Source: an uncultured Syntrophomonas sp. (GTDB lineage Bacteria; Bacillota; Syntrophomonadia; Syntrophomonadales; Syntrophomonadaceae). Taken from it: DNA of 40,937 nt. Position 1 is the first letter of the stretch. Each line of letters starts with the position of its first letter. This document shows positions 1 to 8,258 of the stretch, piece after piece. Position numbers and translations under genes: made by a program. The notes below the pieces were generated by a model. The model ran no database searches. It was not told the DNA's origin and was given only the letters and a program-made list of their open reading frames with translations. Location: positions 1-40,937 of the forward strand of contig CAZUFR010000001.1 of the NCBI GenBank assembly GCA_964619655.1, read 5' to 3'.

Positions 1-2
1 CT

Positions 3-176
3 GATCCTGAGTACCTATTTAAGCTATATCTGGTTTTTAAGGATGCTGACGGTCTAGATCGCATCCGCATTAATGACCTGGATGTCAAGCAATTGCGTAC
101 CCTTTCCGCTCATAAACTCCTGCTGGTAGCTCGCGAATTGCTAGATGATACCCAGGGGATAGTGAGTGAGGCGTAA
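3..176 (+). CDS. 3' end of a CDS entering from upstream of the window; possible HD-superfamily phosphohydrolase C-terminus
   Basis: Frame is open from the window edge and translates DPEYLFKLYLVFKDADGLDRIRINDLDVKQLRTLSAHKLLLVARELLDDTQGIVSEA, with stop TAA at 174-176. It is missing from the ORF track because there is no start in the window. The family guess rests only on the KDADxLDR-like motif. Confidence 0.35.
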   Translation, partial: DPEYLFKLYLVFKDADGLDRIRINDLDVKQLRTLSAHKLLLVARELLDDTQGIVSEA

Positions 177-188
177 GGAGTGAGGGGG
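161..188 (+). repeat. Heptanucleotide tandem array (AGTGAGT GAGGCGT AAGGAGT GAGGGGG), reverse-complement sense of the CCCTNAC arrays
   Basis: Four in-register 7-nt units overlap the stop of the upstream CDS. It lies 34 nt 5' of REP copy 222-258. Confidence 0.6.
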
Positions 189-221
189 CGGCTCAAGGGA
201 TAATGCGCAAGGGTAACGAAT

Positions 222-258
222 TGTAGGGGCAGACCCGTGTGTCTGCCCGGCCGACCAC
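222..258 (+). repeat. REP-like element, copy 1: tGTAGg head + 8-bp stem GGGCAGAC/GTCTGCCC (loop CCGTGT) + CGGCCGACCAC tail
   Basis: Perfect hairpin at 227-248 between two convergent genes. The same architecture recurs at 20134, 20212(-), 27801 and 5030. Confidence 0.85.
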
Positions 259-310
259 TGAACCCGGGGAGTTTTAATATGGTCGCGTATCGTCATTAAG
301 GGAGCAGATT

Positions 311-331
311 CCCTAACTCCTAACTATTTAC
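311..331 (+). repeat. Heptamer array CCCTAAC TCCTAAC TATTTAC abutting the trkH-1 stop
   Basis: 7-nt periodicity read directly. The homologous position behind trkH-2 (1896-1923) carries 4 units. Confidence 0.6.
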
Positions 332-1782
332 TGCTTCCAATAGGAGGGCACTAATAGAATCAGCATGGGGAAAATCTCCAGGCGTCCGATTAGCATGAGC
401 ACACTTAACAGGTACTTGCCCGTATCGGGAATAAAGGAATAGTTCTGGGTGGGTCCTACCGCGGCAAAACCAGGTCCGATGTTTCCCAGACAGGCAGCAC
501 TGGCGGTCAGGCTGCTGGTTACATCTAAACCGAGCATGGTTAATCCTACTACTCCTAGGGCTAGAAATATAAAATACAAAAAGAAAAACTGGGCTACATT
601 GCTCACCAAATCTTCATTTATAATCCTGTCCCCAGAACGCATAGTTAAGACTGCTTTGGGATGTATCATTTTTTTTAACTCCATAAGCACCCGGCGTATT
701 AAAATCAGGTAACGGCCCACTTTTATATTTCCGGTGGTAGAACCTATACACCCGCCTACAAACATCATCAGGAACAATATTCCGGTTGCCGTGGATGGCC
801 ACAGGTTATAGTCGGCCGTAGCATATCCGGTGCCGGTCATAATAGAAACTACCTGAAAACTGGCCAGCCTTATCTGTTCCCCCCATCTCCCTATGTCACC
901 ACCCCAATATAATCCCAGAGCTACCAGGAAACTTGCGGTCAGTGCTATTCCGGCATAAAGCCGAAATTCCGGACTTTTAATATAAACTGCGGGATTACGG
1001 TATTTGTAGGCCAGATAATGCAGAGAAAAATTAGTTCCCCCTATAAACATAAATATAATTATGGTCCATTGAATATAAGGACTGCTGTAAAATCCGATGC
1101 TGGCATTTTTAGTAGAAAACCCCCCGGTGGCCATGGTAGTGAAAGTATGGCAAAGGGCATCAAAAAGATTCATCCCAAAGATCAGCAGCATAAGACAACA
1201 GGCTATACTGATTATAATGTAGGTGAGCCATAGTTTCTGGGCGGTTTCACGGATGCGAGGACTAATTTTATTGATTATCGGGCCTCCCGGTGCTTCAGCC
1301 TTAAAAAGCTGGGTACCCCTGGCACCCATACCGGCTATAAGCGCAAGAAACAAAACTATTATCCCCATACCTCCCAGCCATTGAGTGAGACAGCGCCAGA
1401 ACATTAGCCCCCGCGGCCAGGCTTCCACGTCTTTAACTATAGTAGCCCCAGTAGTAGTGAAACCAGATACGGTTTCAAAGAAAGCGTCGGCAAAGTTGGG
1501 CAGGTAACCGGAAAACAAAAAAGGCAGGCTACCAAAAACAGATGCTATTATCCATCCCAGACCTACCAGGGCAAAACCCTCTTTTACGTTAATGCTTTCA
1601 CCGGTAGAAAAAAAGTATTTGAGCAAGAGGCCGCTAATAATGGTCACCGCTGCCGCCAAGCTTATGCTCACAATTACCTCTTCTTTATGAATAATAGACC
1701 AGGGCAAACAGGTAAGCATGGCCAGTCCAACTATCAGGATTAATAATCCCAGCTGGCTTATAATTACTGCCGGTCGAATCAA
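328..1782 (-). CDS. trkH: TrkH-family K+ uptake membrane subunit, paralogue 1
   Basis: Polytopic ORF with the four pore-loop glycine motifs (GFTTTGATI, MATGGFSTKNASIG, TGTGYATADY, GCIGSTTGNIKV). Start set at TTG 1782 behind GGAGGAAGGG, homologous to the start of paralogue 2. The ORF-track GTG at 1800 lies in a trkA-derived remnant. Confidence 0.9.
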   Translation of the reverse strand: MIRPAVIISQLGLLILIVGLAMLTCLPWSIIHKEEVIVSISLAAAVTIISGLLLKYFFSTGESINVKEGFALVGLGWIIASVFGSLPFLFSGYLPNFADAFFETVSGFTTTGATIVKDVEAWPRGLMFWRCLTQWLGGMGIIVLFLALIAGMGARGTQLFKAEAPGGPIINKISPRIRETAQKLWLTYIIISIACCLMLLIFGMNLFDALCHTFTTMATGGFSTKNASIGFYSSPYIQWTIIIFMFIGGTNFSLHYLAYKYRNPAVYIKSPEFRLYAGIALTASFLVALGLYWGGDIGRWGEQIRLASFQVVSIMTGTGYATADYNLWPSTATGILFLMMFVGGCIGSTTGNIKVGRYLILIRRVLMELKKMIHPKAVLTMRSGDRIINEDLVSNVAQFFFLYFIFLALGVVGLTMLGLDVTSSLTASAACLGNIGPGFAAVGPTQNYSFIPDTGKYLLSVLMLIGRLEIFPMLILLVPSYWKQ

Positions 1783-1802
1783 TATACCCTTCCTCCGCAC
1801 AA

Positions 1803-1897
1803 AAAACGTCCAACTTTACAAATACTCTTAAGCATAGAAAATAGCATTAACAATTTTAAGCCTTAATCGGAAATTTGCCGTCAGGTATGATAACCTC
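1803..1897 (-). pseudogene. Remnant of the last ~30 codons of trkA, left by tandem duplication
   Basis: 1803-1897 aligns by eye (~75%) with 3391-3485, which is the 3' end of intact trkA plus the junction to trkH-2. An example shared stretch is atactcttaagcatRgaaaa...ccttaatcNggaat...tcaggtatRataacc. Confidence 0.75.
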
Positions 1898-1923
1898 TTA
1901 CTCCTAACTCCTTACCCCTTACT
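1896..1923 (+). repeat. Heptamer array CTCTTAC TCCTAAC TCCTTAC CCCTTAC just downstream of the trkH-2 stop
   Basis: Four in-register 7-nt units of the CCCTNAC class. Confidence 0.65.
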
Positions 1924-1926
1924 ATA

Positions 1927-3381
1927 TCACTGCTTCCAATAAGCAGGTAGTAATAACACCAGCATGGGGAAAATCTCCAGGCGTCCGATTAACATGAGCG
2001 CACTTAACAAGTACTTACCCACATCGGGAATAAAGGAATAGTTCTGGGTAGGACCTACCGCCGCAAAACCGGGCCCAATGTTTCCCAGGCAGGACGCAGT
2101 AGCAGTCAGACTGCTCATTATATCTATACCTAACATAGTTAAAGCAAGTACCCCCAGAGCCACCAGCATGATATAAAGACAGAAAAACTGTACCACATTA
2201 CTTACCAGGTCCTCATTAAAAACCTTGCCCCCATAACGCATAGTTAAGACTGCTTTGGGGTGTACCATTTTTTTAAATTCCATAAGCGCCCGGCGTATTA
2301 TAATCAGGTAACGGCCTGGTTTTATATTTCCTCCGGTAGAGCCTATACATCCTCCCACAAACATCATTAAGAACAATACCCCGGCTGACATAGCTGGCCA
2401 CAGGTCATAGTCAGCCGTAGCATATCCGGTGGTAGACATGATAGAAACTACCTGAAAACTGGCCAACCTAATTTTTTCTTCCCATCCCCCCAGGCCTCCA
2501 GCTAAATATAAACCCAGGGCCACTATGGCCGAGGCAGTTAGTGCTATCCCAGCATAAAACTTGAATTCTGCATTCTTAAAGTAAACTGCCGGGCTACGGT
2601 CTTTGTAGGCCAGGTAATGCAGAGAAAAATTTGTAGCTGCTATAAACATAAATATAGTTATGGTCCATTGAATATAGGGACTGCTATAAAAGCCGATACT
2701 GGCATTTTTAGTAGAAAACCCCCCGGTAGCCATGGTAGCGAAAGTATGGCAGAGGGCATCAAAAAGATTCATGCCAAAAATCAATAACAGAAGCAGGCAG
2801 GCAATACTAAGTATTATATAGGTCAACCATAGTTTCCGGGCCGTCTCGCGGATGCGGGGGCTGATTTTATCGGTTATCGATCCGCCGGGTACTTCAGCCT
2901 TAAACAGCTGGTTACCCCTGGCACCCATACCGGCTATAATGGCAATAAACAGCGCTATAATCCCCATACCTCCTAACCACTGAGTAAGACAGCGCCAGAA
3001 CATTAGCCCCCGCGGCCAGGCTTCCACGTCCTTAACTACACTGGCCCCGGTAGTAGTAAAACCCGAAACCGTTTCAAAAAAAGCATCAGCAAAATTGGGC
3101 AGGTAACCAGAAAATATAAAAGGCAGACTACCAAAAACTGATGCTAGTATCCATCCCAGACTTACCAGGGCAAAACTTTCTTTAAAGTTAATGCTCTCCC
3201 CAGTGGAAAAAAGTTGTTTAAGCAAGAGACCGCTAATAATGGTCACCGCCGCCGCCAAGCTTATACTTATAATCACGTCTTCTTTATAAATAATGGACCA
3301 GGGTAAGCAGCTGAGCATGGCAACACCGATTATTAGAATCAATAACCCCAGGTGGCTTATTATTACTGCTGGTCTAATCAA
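1927..3381 (-). CDS. trkH: TrkH-family K+ uptake membrane subunit, paralogue 2
   Basis: 484-aa ORF, ~85% identical by eye to paralogue 1. TTG start sits 6 nt after the trkA stop, with a GGGGG Shine-Dalgarno inside the trkA end. Confidence 0.92.
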   Translation of the reverse strand: MIRPAVIISHLGLLILIIGVAMLSCLPWSIIYKEDVIISISLAAAVTIISGLLLKQLFSTGESINFKESFALVSLGWILASVFGSLPFIFSGYLPNFADAFFETVSGFTTTGASVVKDVEAWPRGLMFWRCLTQWLGGMGIIALFIAIIAGMGARGNQLFKAEVPGGSITDKISPRIRETARKLWLTYIILSIACLLLLLIFGMNLFDALCHTFATMATGGFSTKNASIGFYSSPYIQWTITIFMFIAATNFSLHYLAYKDRSPAVYFKNAEFKFYAGIALTASAIVALGLYLAGGLGGWEEKIRLASFQVVSIMSTTGYATADYDLWPAMSAGVLFLMMFVGGCIGSTGGNIKPGRYLIIIRRALMEFKKMVHPKAVLTMRYGGKVFNEDLVSNVVQFFCLYIMLVALGVLALTMLGIDIMSSLTATASCLGNIGPGFAAVGPTQNYSFIPDVGKYLLSALMLIGRLEIFPMLVLLLPAYWKQ

Positions 3382-3387
3382 TATAGT

Positions 3388-4734
3388 TTACCCCCGTGCG
3401 AAAAGACGTTCGATTTTATGAATACTCTTAAGCATGGAAAACACCATTAAGCGATCATGCGCCTTAATCTGGAATCTACCATCAGGTATAATAACCTTTT
3501 CATCCCGCATTATTGCACCAATTACAGAACCACTGGGGAACTTAATGTGACGCAGTTCTTTGTTAACTACAGAGGATCCCGGCTGCGCCAGCAATTCCAG
3601 CATTTCCGCCCGGTCATCATCAAAAACCGTAACCGAAATAATATCTCCCCGGCGTAAGTATTTCAATATAACTCCTGCGGTAAGCAAACGGGGACTTAAA
3701 ATAGTATCAATACCAATCTGTTCCGCCAGGGGTACGATATCGGTGCGTTTAACCTGGCAGACGGCTTTTTTGACTCCCAGATTACCTGCTATCAGGGAGC
3801 AGAGTACATTGATCTTGTCATCATCAGTTACAGCTATGAACAAATCCGAGCTACCAATACTCTCTTCCTGAAGCAGCTGGTAATCGCTTCCGTCTCCCTG
3901 AATTACCAGGGTGTGTTTAAGCTTCGCTGATATCTGCCGGGCTCGCTGCAGGTCTTTCTCAATAATCTTTAATTGCAGTTCAGGTCGCTTATGTTCCAGA
4001 ATCTGAGCCAGGTAATACCCGGTACGACCTCCCCCCAGTATGGTAATATGTTCCACCCGCGGGGTCTGAAAGCCCAGCATTTTTTCTACTTCTCTCATTT
4101 CGTTAGTCCGGGCCATCAGGTGTAAATGGTCACCTTCATGCAGGATATCTTCACCCCACGGAACCAAAATCTTCTGCTGGTGCTCAATACAAACAATATT
4201 GTAGGGAATTGCAGTGTCCAGTTCTTTAATTTTTTTCCCCACCAGGGGAGATTCTCTCTTAATCTCCAACTCCAACATTTGCACTTTGCCCATAGCATAA
4301 TAATCCACGTTCATGGCCTCAGGGTGACCTACTATCTTGGCTATCTCCAGCGCGGTAACCCGTTCTGGATTTATAATCAAATCTATTCCTATGCTTTCCT
4401 TAAAATCAAAATCTTTGACTTCGAGGTATTCCGGGTTACGTACCCGAGCCACGGTAGTTTTGACTCCATATTTTTTACCCAGCAAACAGGCCACCATATT
4501 AAGTTCATCAAATTCAGTCACTGCCAACAGCATGTCTGCGCTACGAACACCCGCAGCCTCCAAAGCAGATGTGGAGGACCCACTGCCGCCAATCACCTGC
4601 ACATCCAAAGTCTCCTCCAATATCTCCTGCCGCTCCGGGGATTGTTCAATTATAACTACGTCATGATCTTCTTTAGAAAGCAACTGGGCTATACTGAATC
4701 CTACTTTACCAGCACCAATTATTATAGCCTTCAC
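3388..4734 (-). CDS. trkA: Trk system NAD-binding peripheral subunit TrkA (two RCK_N/RCK_C repeats)
   Basis: 448 aa with two Rossmann GxGxxG motifs (IIGAGKVG and ILGGGRTG), each followed by an RCK_C-like segment. It lies directly upstream of trkH. Confidence 0.92.
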   Translation of the reverse strand: MKAIIIGAGKVGFSIAQLLSKEDHDVVIIEQSPERQEILEETLDVQVIGGSGSSTSALEAAGVRSADMLLAVTEFDELNMVACLLGKKYGVKTTVARVRNPEYLEVKDFDFKESIGIDLIINPERVTALEIAKIVGHPEAMNVDYYAMGKVQMLELEIKRESPLVGKKIKELDTAIPYNIVCIEHQQKILVPWGEDILHEGDHLHLMARTNEMREVEKMLGFQTPRVEHITILGGGRTGYYLAQILEHKRPELQLKIIEKDLQRARQISAKLKHTLVIQGDGSDYQLLQEESIGSSDLFIAVTDDDKINVLCSLIAGNLGVKKAVCQVKRTDIVPLAEQIGIDTILSPRLLTAGVILKYLRRGDIISVTVFDDDRAEMLELLAQPGSSVVNKELRHIKFPSGSVIGAIMRDEKVIIPDGRFQIKAHDRLMVFSMLKSIHKIERLFARG

Positions 4735-4800
4735 CTTTTATCACCTGCATATAATAAAATTAATCCCAATAACCAGGGGGTAGACAATAGTGTAAGGGAA

Positions 4801-4822
4801 CCCTGACTCCCTCACTCTAAAT
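4801..4822 (+). repeat. Degenerate heptamer array CCCTGAC TCCCTCAC TCTAAAT upstream of trkA
   Basis: Same CCCTNAC...CTCACTCTARA string as 9812-9839. Confidence 0.5.
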
Positions 4823-4965
4823 GGTGAATAAGAAATAAATTAAGCCTATTTACAAAACATTTTATCATCATTGTCTATTTCTAATTACCCCAACTTCCTA
4901 TGATTATATTCATTCATAGCAAATAAGAAAATAGATTTCATGTGTATTGTATTCCAAGCGGCCAA

Positions 4966-4989
4966 TAAAAAAAAGGGCCTGAGCCCTTT
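4966..4989 (-). terminator. Rho-independent terminator (AAAGGGC tcag GCCCTTT + T8 on minus strand), near-copy of the selC terminator
   Basis: Stem GGGC/GCCC with an A/T extension and a T-run, read on the minus strand. It is almost identical to 8794-8818. Confidence 0.7.
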
Positions 4990-5001
4990 ATTAGATTTTA
5001 T

Positions 5002-5027
5002 TGGTGGAGGCGTGGGTATTCCTCCCC
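5002..5027 (-). pseudogene. Decayed partial copy of the tRNA-Sec 3' end (T-arm 3' strand + acceptor 3' strand + CCA)
   Basis: Minus-sense ...CCCACGCCTCCACCA compares with selC ...CCCACACGCTTCCGCCA. It is followed by the same spacer and terminator as the intact gene. Confidence 0.55.
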
Positions 5028-5169
5028 AATGTAGGGAACGGCCTCGTGCCGTTCCATCGTGTTGTATCAACATAATCGCGTGTAAGTGGTTTGGCATAAC
5101 AATAAGTTTGTCGATAATTATATCCGGATAAAATCCTGATATTTCTTCAAATTTATTAAATACCACCAC
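5028..5169 (-). pseudogene. Truncated REP-associated tyrosine transposase (RAYT / IS200-like Y1) relic
   Basis: ORF fragment ...FYPDIIIDKLIVMPNHLHAIMLIQHDGTARGRSL carries the HUH motif (MPNHLH). It lacks the N-terminal region and the C-terminal catalytic-Tyr helix. A REP hairpin (5030-5055) is embedded in it. Confidence 0.6.
5030..5055 (+). repeat. REP-like element, variant copy (tGTAGg + GGAACGGC/GCCGTTCC stem)
   Basis: GTAG head and a perfect 8-bp stem with loop CTCGT(G). Stem bases differ from the other copies but pairing is kept. Confidence 0.7.
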
Positions 5170-5251
5170 TTTAAACTGAAGTTGCCTTTTATATCTTTAT
5201 AATACGTGCCACACGTGTTAAAATAATTTTATAACCATGGAGGTCGAACAA

Positions 5252-5433
5252 ATGAAATTCCGGGAAATAGAAAGATTAATCAAAAACGATGGTTGGGAAT
5301 ATTTATACACAACAGGTTCGCATTACTACTATATTCACCCAACCAAACCCGGAAAAGTAACCATTCTTACCACAACAAAGATTTAAAAATGAAAACTGTT
5401 AATTCAATCCTTAAGCAAGCGGGGCTGAAATAA
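5252..5433 (+). pseudogene. hicA: HicA-family mRNA interferase toxin, disrupted by a 1-nt frameshift
   Basis: ATG 5252 behind GGAGG gives MKFREIERLIKNDGWEYLYTTGSHYYYIHPTKPGKVTI, then stop at 5384-5386. The -1 frame continues (S)YHNKDLKMKTVNSILKQAGLK to TAA 5431-5433. Joined, the two parts give a complete ~60-aa HicA. Confidence 0.8.
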
Positions 5434-5474
5434 GCTCCAGCTTACCGGGCTATACATATGAGGAGGTCGTTATT

Positions 5475-5885
5475 ATGCAATTAGTTTATCCAGCTTGTTT
5501 TTATCCCTGCGAAGAAGGCGGTTACACGGTTGTTTTCCCTGATTTGCCTGGTTGCGTAACTGAGGGAGATGACCTGTTAGAGGCCATGAATAATTCTATT
5601 GATGCTGCTTCTGGCTGGCTGTTGTTTTTAATTGAAGATGAGAAACAACAGATACCAAAATCATCAGATATCAAAACTATAATTCCCGACGAATATGAAA
5701 ATGGTTTTGTAAGCCTGATCAATATTGACTTAAATGAGTATTCCAAAAAATCCGGTCATAAAGCGATTAAAAAGACTTTAACCATCCCTGCCTGGTTAAA
5801 CTCATTGGCCGAGGAAAACAACGTAAACTTTTCGCAAATCCTCCAAAGAGCTTTAATTGACCACCTGGGAATTAAACATCCCTGA
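5475..5885 (+). CDS. hicB: HicB-family antitoxin with C-terminal DNA-binding domain
   Basis: 136 aa. The N-terminus YPACFYPCEEGGYTVVFPDLPGCVTEGDDLLEA is typical of the HicB RNase-H-like fold. The C-terminus has an RHH-like segment TLTIPAWLNSLAEE. It lies directly downstream of hicA. Confidence 0.85.
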   Translation: MQLVYPACFYPCEEGGYTVVFPDLPGCVTEGDDLLEAMNNSIDAASGWLLFLIEDEKQQIPKSSDIKTIIPDEYENGFVSLINIDLNEYSKKSGHKAIKKTLTIPAWLNSLAEENNVNFSQILQRALIDHLGIKHP

Positions 5886-5914
5886 AGATAAATAGCCCCT
5901 TTCTGATGACATTT

Positions 5915-5952
5915 TACTACTATAAGTAGTATTATAATTATTCCTGTATAAT
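5915..5952 (+). promoter_or_regulatory. Putative mazEF promoter/operator: palindrome TACTACT-ata-AGTAGTA plus extended -10 TGTATAAT
   Basis: 7-bp inverted repeat at 5915-5931. TG-TATAAT at 5945-5952 is ~55 nt upstream of the antitoxin start. Confidence 0.4.
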
Positions 5953-6010
5953 GCCCTTGTTTTGTCATAAGATAATGTTAGATACTATATAAGAAAGGAA
6001 GGTGGAGAAG

Positions 6011-6274
6011 ATGGCTATCGTTAAAACTACCGTTGGTATTCCTGATAAAATATATAATCTGGCTGAAGACATGGTAACTAAGCTTGGAATTTCCCGTAGT
6101 CAGCTGTATTCCAGAGCATTGGAAGCTTATGTGCAAAATTATCTGGATCGGGAAATGGCTGATATGCTGGACCAGGCCTTTTCTGAGGAGCCACTGAAGG
6201 AGGATATTGATCTACAGATAGCATTTAAAAAGCAATTCGACTCTCGTTTGGAAAGTGAGAATGAGACATGGTAA
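6011..6274 (+). CDS. Ribbon-helix-helix (CopG/MazE-like) antitoxin
   Basis: N-terminal beta-strand/helix pattern VKTTVGIPDKIYNLAEDMVTKLGISRSQLYSRALEAYV. It overlaps the downstream PemK/MazF gene by 7 nt. ATG 6011 is preferred over GTG 6002 on Shine-Dalgarno spacing. Confidence 0.75.
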   Translation: MAIVKTTVGIPDKIYNLAEDMVTKLGISRSQLYSRALEAYVQNYLDREMADMLDQAFSEEPLKEDIDLQIAFKKQFDSRLESENETW

Positions 6275-6630
6275 TTAATCAAGGTGATATATACTGGTAT
6301 ACGTTTCCTACTCCGGAAGGTTCCCAACCTATGGGACGACGTCCGGTAGTGGTGGTCCAGAACAATATATGTAATCAAAGCCGGGTAAATACAGTTATAA
6401 TCTGTCCTTTAACGACCAATCTAAGGCTGGCAATTGCGCCCGGCAACATTTTGTTGGAGACCGGAGAAGCCAATATTCCTAAACAGAGTGTAATCAACGT
6501 ATCCCAGGTGCAGAGCATAGATAAATCATCCCTGGGTGAGTACATCGGTTCTTTGTCCATGGCCAGAATAGATGAATTAATTAAGGGATTACAGATGTGG
6601 TTAATGCCTAAAGAACCGGTTAAAGAATGA
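6268..6630 (+). CDS. mazF: MazF/PemK-family endoribonuclease toxin
   Basis: 120 aa with GDIYWYTF...GRRPVVVVQNN...VIICPLTT..., characteristic of PemK/MazF. Confidence 0.88.
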   Translation: MVINQGDIYWYTFPTPEGSQPMGRRPVVVVQNNICNQSRVNTVIICPLTTNLRLAIAPGNILLETGEANIPKQSVINVSQVQSIDKSSLGEYIGSLSMARIDELIKGLQMWLMPKEPVKE

Positions 6631-6653
6631 CCCGGCTAAAATCCCGGTATTCC

Positions 6654-6738
6654 TTTAACTGGGAACATAAAACCCGCCTGGCTGCAGATCACACCGGCGG
6701 GGGTTCATCATATGTTTATGGCAAAAAACGTATTAACC
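6654..6738 (+). pseudogene. Remnant of the 3' end of a methyltransferase paralogue (direct repeat of 8178-8260)
   Basis: tttaacTgggaacatAaaacccgcctggctgcaga...catatgtttatggcaaaaa.cgtattaac matches the last ~27 codons plus stop of the 7581-8258 gene (~85% by eye), with an indel that breaks the frame. Confidence 0.75.
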
Positions 6739-6827
6739 AGCAAAATAGCCCCTTTTTAATAACACTACTATTTATTATCATTAATAGAGATGCTTTATGT
6801 TTGCAATATCAACGAGGAGGGGTAATA

Positions 6828-7550
6828 TTGAATTATAAGGAATTATGTGATGAATTAGTTCGTATTTTAAATCTGGATTTACCTCCGGTTGGAGTAAAGT
6901 TTCTAAAAACAGAGGAATTAGAGGCGTTTCAACACTATAAGTCTGATGTAAACTATACTTTTTGTCAATTTATTATGAGGGCTCAAGAGGGAGAGCAACT
7001 CCTGGCCAACGGAGATAATATAGCATGTGCAAATGGAGCTTCTGCTTTAGGTTTTAAGCCGATCCCGGATAAACTTAAGACAGGGGAGTTTTTAGAGAAA
7101 TTAGGAAGTTTTGAAAAAGAAGCAGGTAGAACGGCAATGAAGGATTTACCTCGATTTGAACTTAATAGATATGCGGCTATTGCTGTATCCCAGGTAGCCA
7201 ATGCTGATTTTGAGCCTGATGTAATATCAATACAGGGTAAACCGGAGCATCTCATGTGGCTAACTCTAAGCGTTCTTCATCATGAAGGAGGGCGATTAAA
7301 CTTCAGTACTGCCATTTCCAATGGTTGCTGTGTGGATATAACTGTTATACCACAGCTTGAGCAAAGACTTAATGTTTCTTTAGGTTGTTATGGTTGCAGA
7401 AATGCTACCAGTATCCCTGATGAACATTTACTGGCAGGGTTTCCGGGGCAGCAATTGGAATCTATGGTGAATTCACTGCGTTCACTGGAAGAAAAAACTA
7501 TACCCAGGACTAGAGACAAAAAAGCCTACAACAGGCTAATAAATTCTTAG
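6828..7550 (+). CDS. DUF169-family protein (function unknown)
   Basis: TTG 6828 behind GAGGAGGGG gives a 240-aa product. LPPVGVKF near the N-terminus and a Cys-rich C-terminal part (NGCCVD, GCYGCR) match DUF169 as I recall it. The ORF-track start 6627 reads through the methyltransferase remnant and has no Shine-Dalgarno. Confidence 0.65.
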   Translation: MNYKELCDELVRILNLDLPPVGVKFLKTEELEAFQHYKSDVNYTFCQFIMRAQEGEQLLANGDNIACANGASALGFKPIPDKLKTGEFLEKLGSFEKEAGRTAMKDLPRFELNRYAAIAVSQVANADFEPDVISIQGKPEHLMWLTLSVLHHEGGRLNFSTAISNGCCVDITVIPQLEQRLNVSLGCYGCRNATSIPDEHLLAGFPGQQLESMVNSLRSLEEKTIPRTRDKKAYNRLINS

Positions 7551-7580
7551 CAGGGGATAAGGGAGAAGGAGTAAAGTGAA

Positions 7581-8258
7581 ATGTTTACCGGAAATACCGC
7601 CCTAAATTACGATAGTTGGTACGAAACTAAGCGGGGAAGATTTATTGACCTGGTTGAAAGTGAAGCAGCCTTTGACTTGATAACCCTGCCTCCGGGTGCA
7701 AAAATTTTGGATGCCGGCTGTGGAACAGGTAATTTCAGCATTAAACTGGCTGAACATGGTTATCTGGTTACTGGTATAGATTTATCCTCTGATATGCTAA
7801 ACATCGCCCGGAAGAAGTGTATGGCTAAAGGCTTAAAGGTTAATTTAGAAACTATGAATATTGAACACCTGCTATTCCCAGACAACTACTTCGATGCTGC
7901 CTTTTCCATGGCCGCTTTTGAATTTATTGCTGACCCTAAACCAGCTTACCGGGAATTGTGCCGCGTTGTTAAACCAGGCGGTCAGATTCTAATCGGTACT
8001 ATTAATCGGGACAGTCTCTGGGGTAAAACATATATGGAGGAAGCATCTAAAAATGCTGATTCTGTATTTAAACATGCGTCTTTTAAAAACCTGGAGGAAC
8101 TGGCTGATGTTGACCGTATCAACTTAAAAGCCAGCCGCCAGTGTTTGTATGTTCCACCCCAGGCTCCCGAGGAGCATTTTAACCTGGAACATGAAACCCG
8201 CCTGGCTGCAGAGTACACCAGCGGATTTATCATATGTTTATGGCAAAAACCGTATTAA
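7581..8258 (+). CDS. Class I SAM-dependent methyltransferase (Methyltransf_11-like)
   Basis: Motif I ILDAGCGTGNFS, post-I acidic GIDLS, and motif VKPGGQILI. 225 aa, with a GGAGAAGGAG Shine-Dalgarno. Confidence 0.85.
   Translation: MFTGNTALNYDSWYETKRGRFIDLVESEAAFDLITLPPGAKILDAGCGTGNFSIKLAEHGYLVTGIDLSSDMLNIARKKCMAKGLKVNLETMNIEHLLFPDNYFDAAFSMAAFEFIADPKPAYRELCRVVKPGGQILIGTINRDSLWGKTYMEEASKNADSVFKHASFKNLEELADVDRINLKASRQCLYVPPQAPEEHFNLEHETRLAAEYTSGFIICLWQKPY

Noticed and set aside
1783-1800. GTG start at 1800 for trkH-1
   Set aside because: The extra six codons lie in the trkA-derived remnant. The homologous TTG start used by trkH-2 is conserved at 1782 with a good Shine-Dalgarno.
4126-4806. 226-aa plus-strand ORF
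   Set aside because: It is antisense to the well-supported trkA gene. It has no recognisable motifs and a composition typical of an antisense frame.
4735-4884. c-di-AMP (ydaO-type) or other riboswitch upstream of trkA
   Set aside because: I could not find the conserved ydaO core elements. The region is better explained by the GAAATAG-box/heptamer repeat element.
6627-6827. N-terminal 67-codon extension of the DUF169 ORF (ATG overlapping the mazF stop)
   Set aside because: The extension reads through a frame-broken methyltransferase remnant and has no Shine-Dalgarno. TTG 6828 has a strong GAGGAGGGG site and gives the family-typical length.
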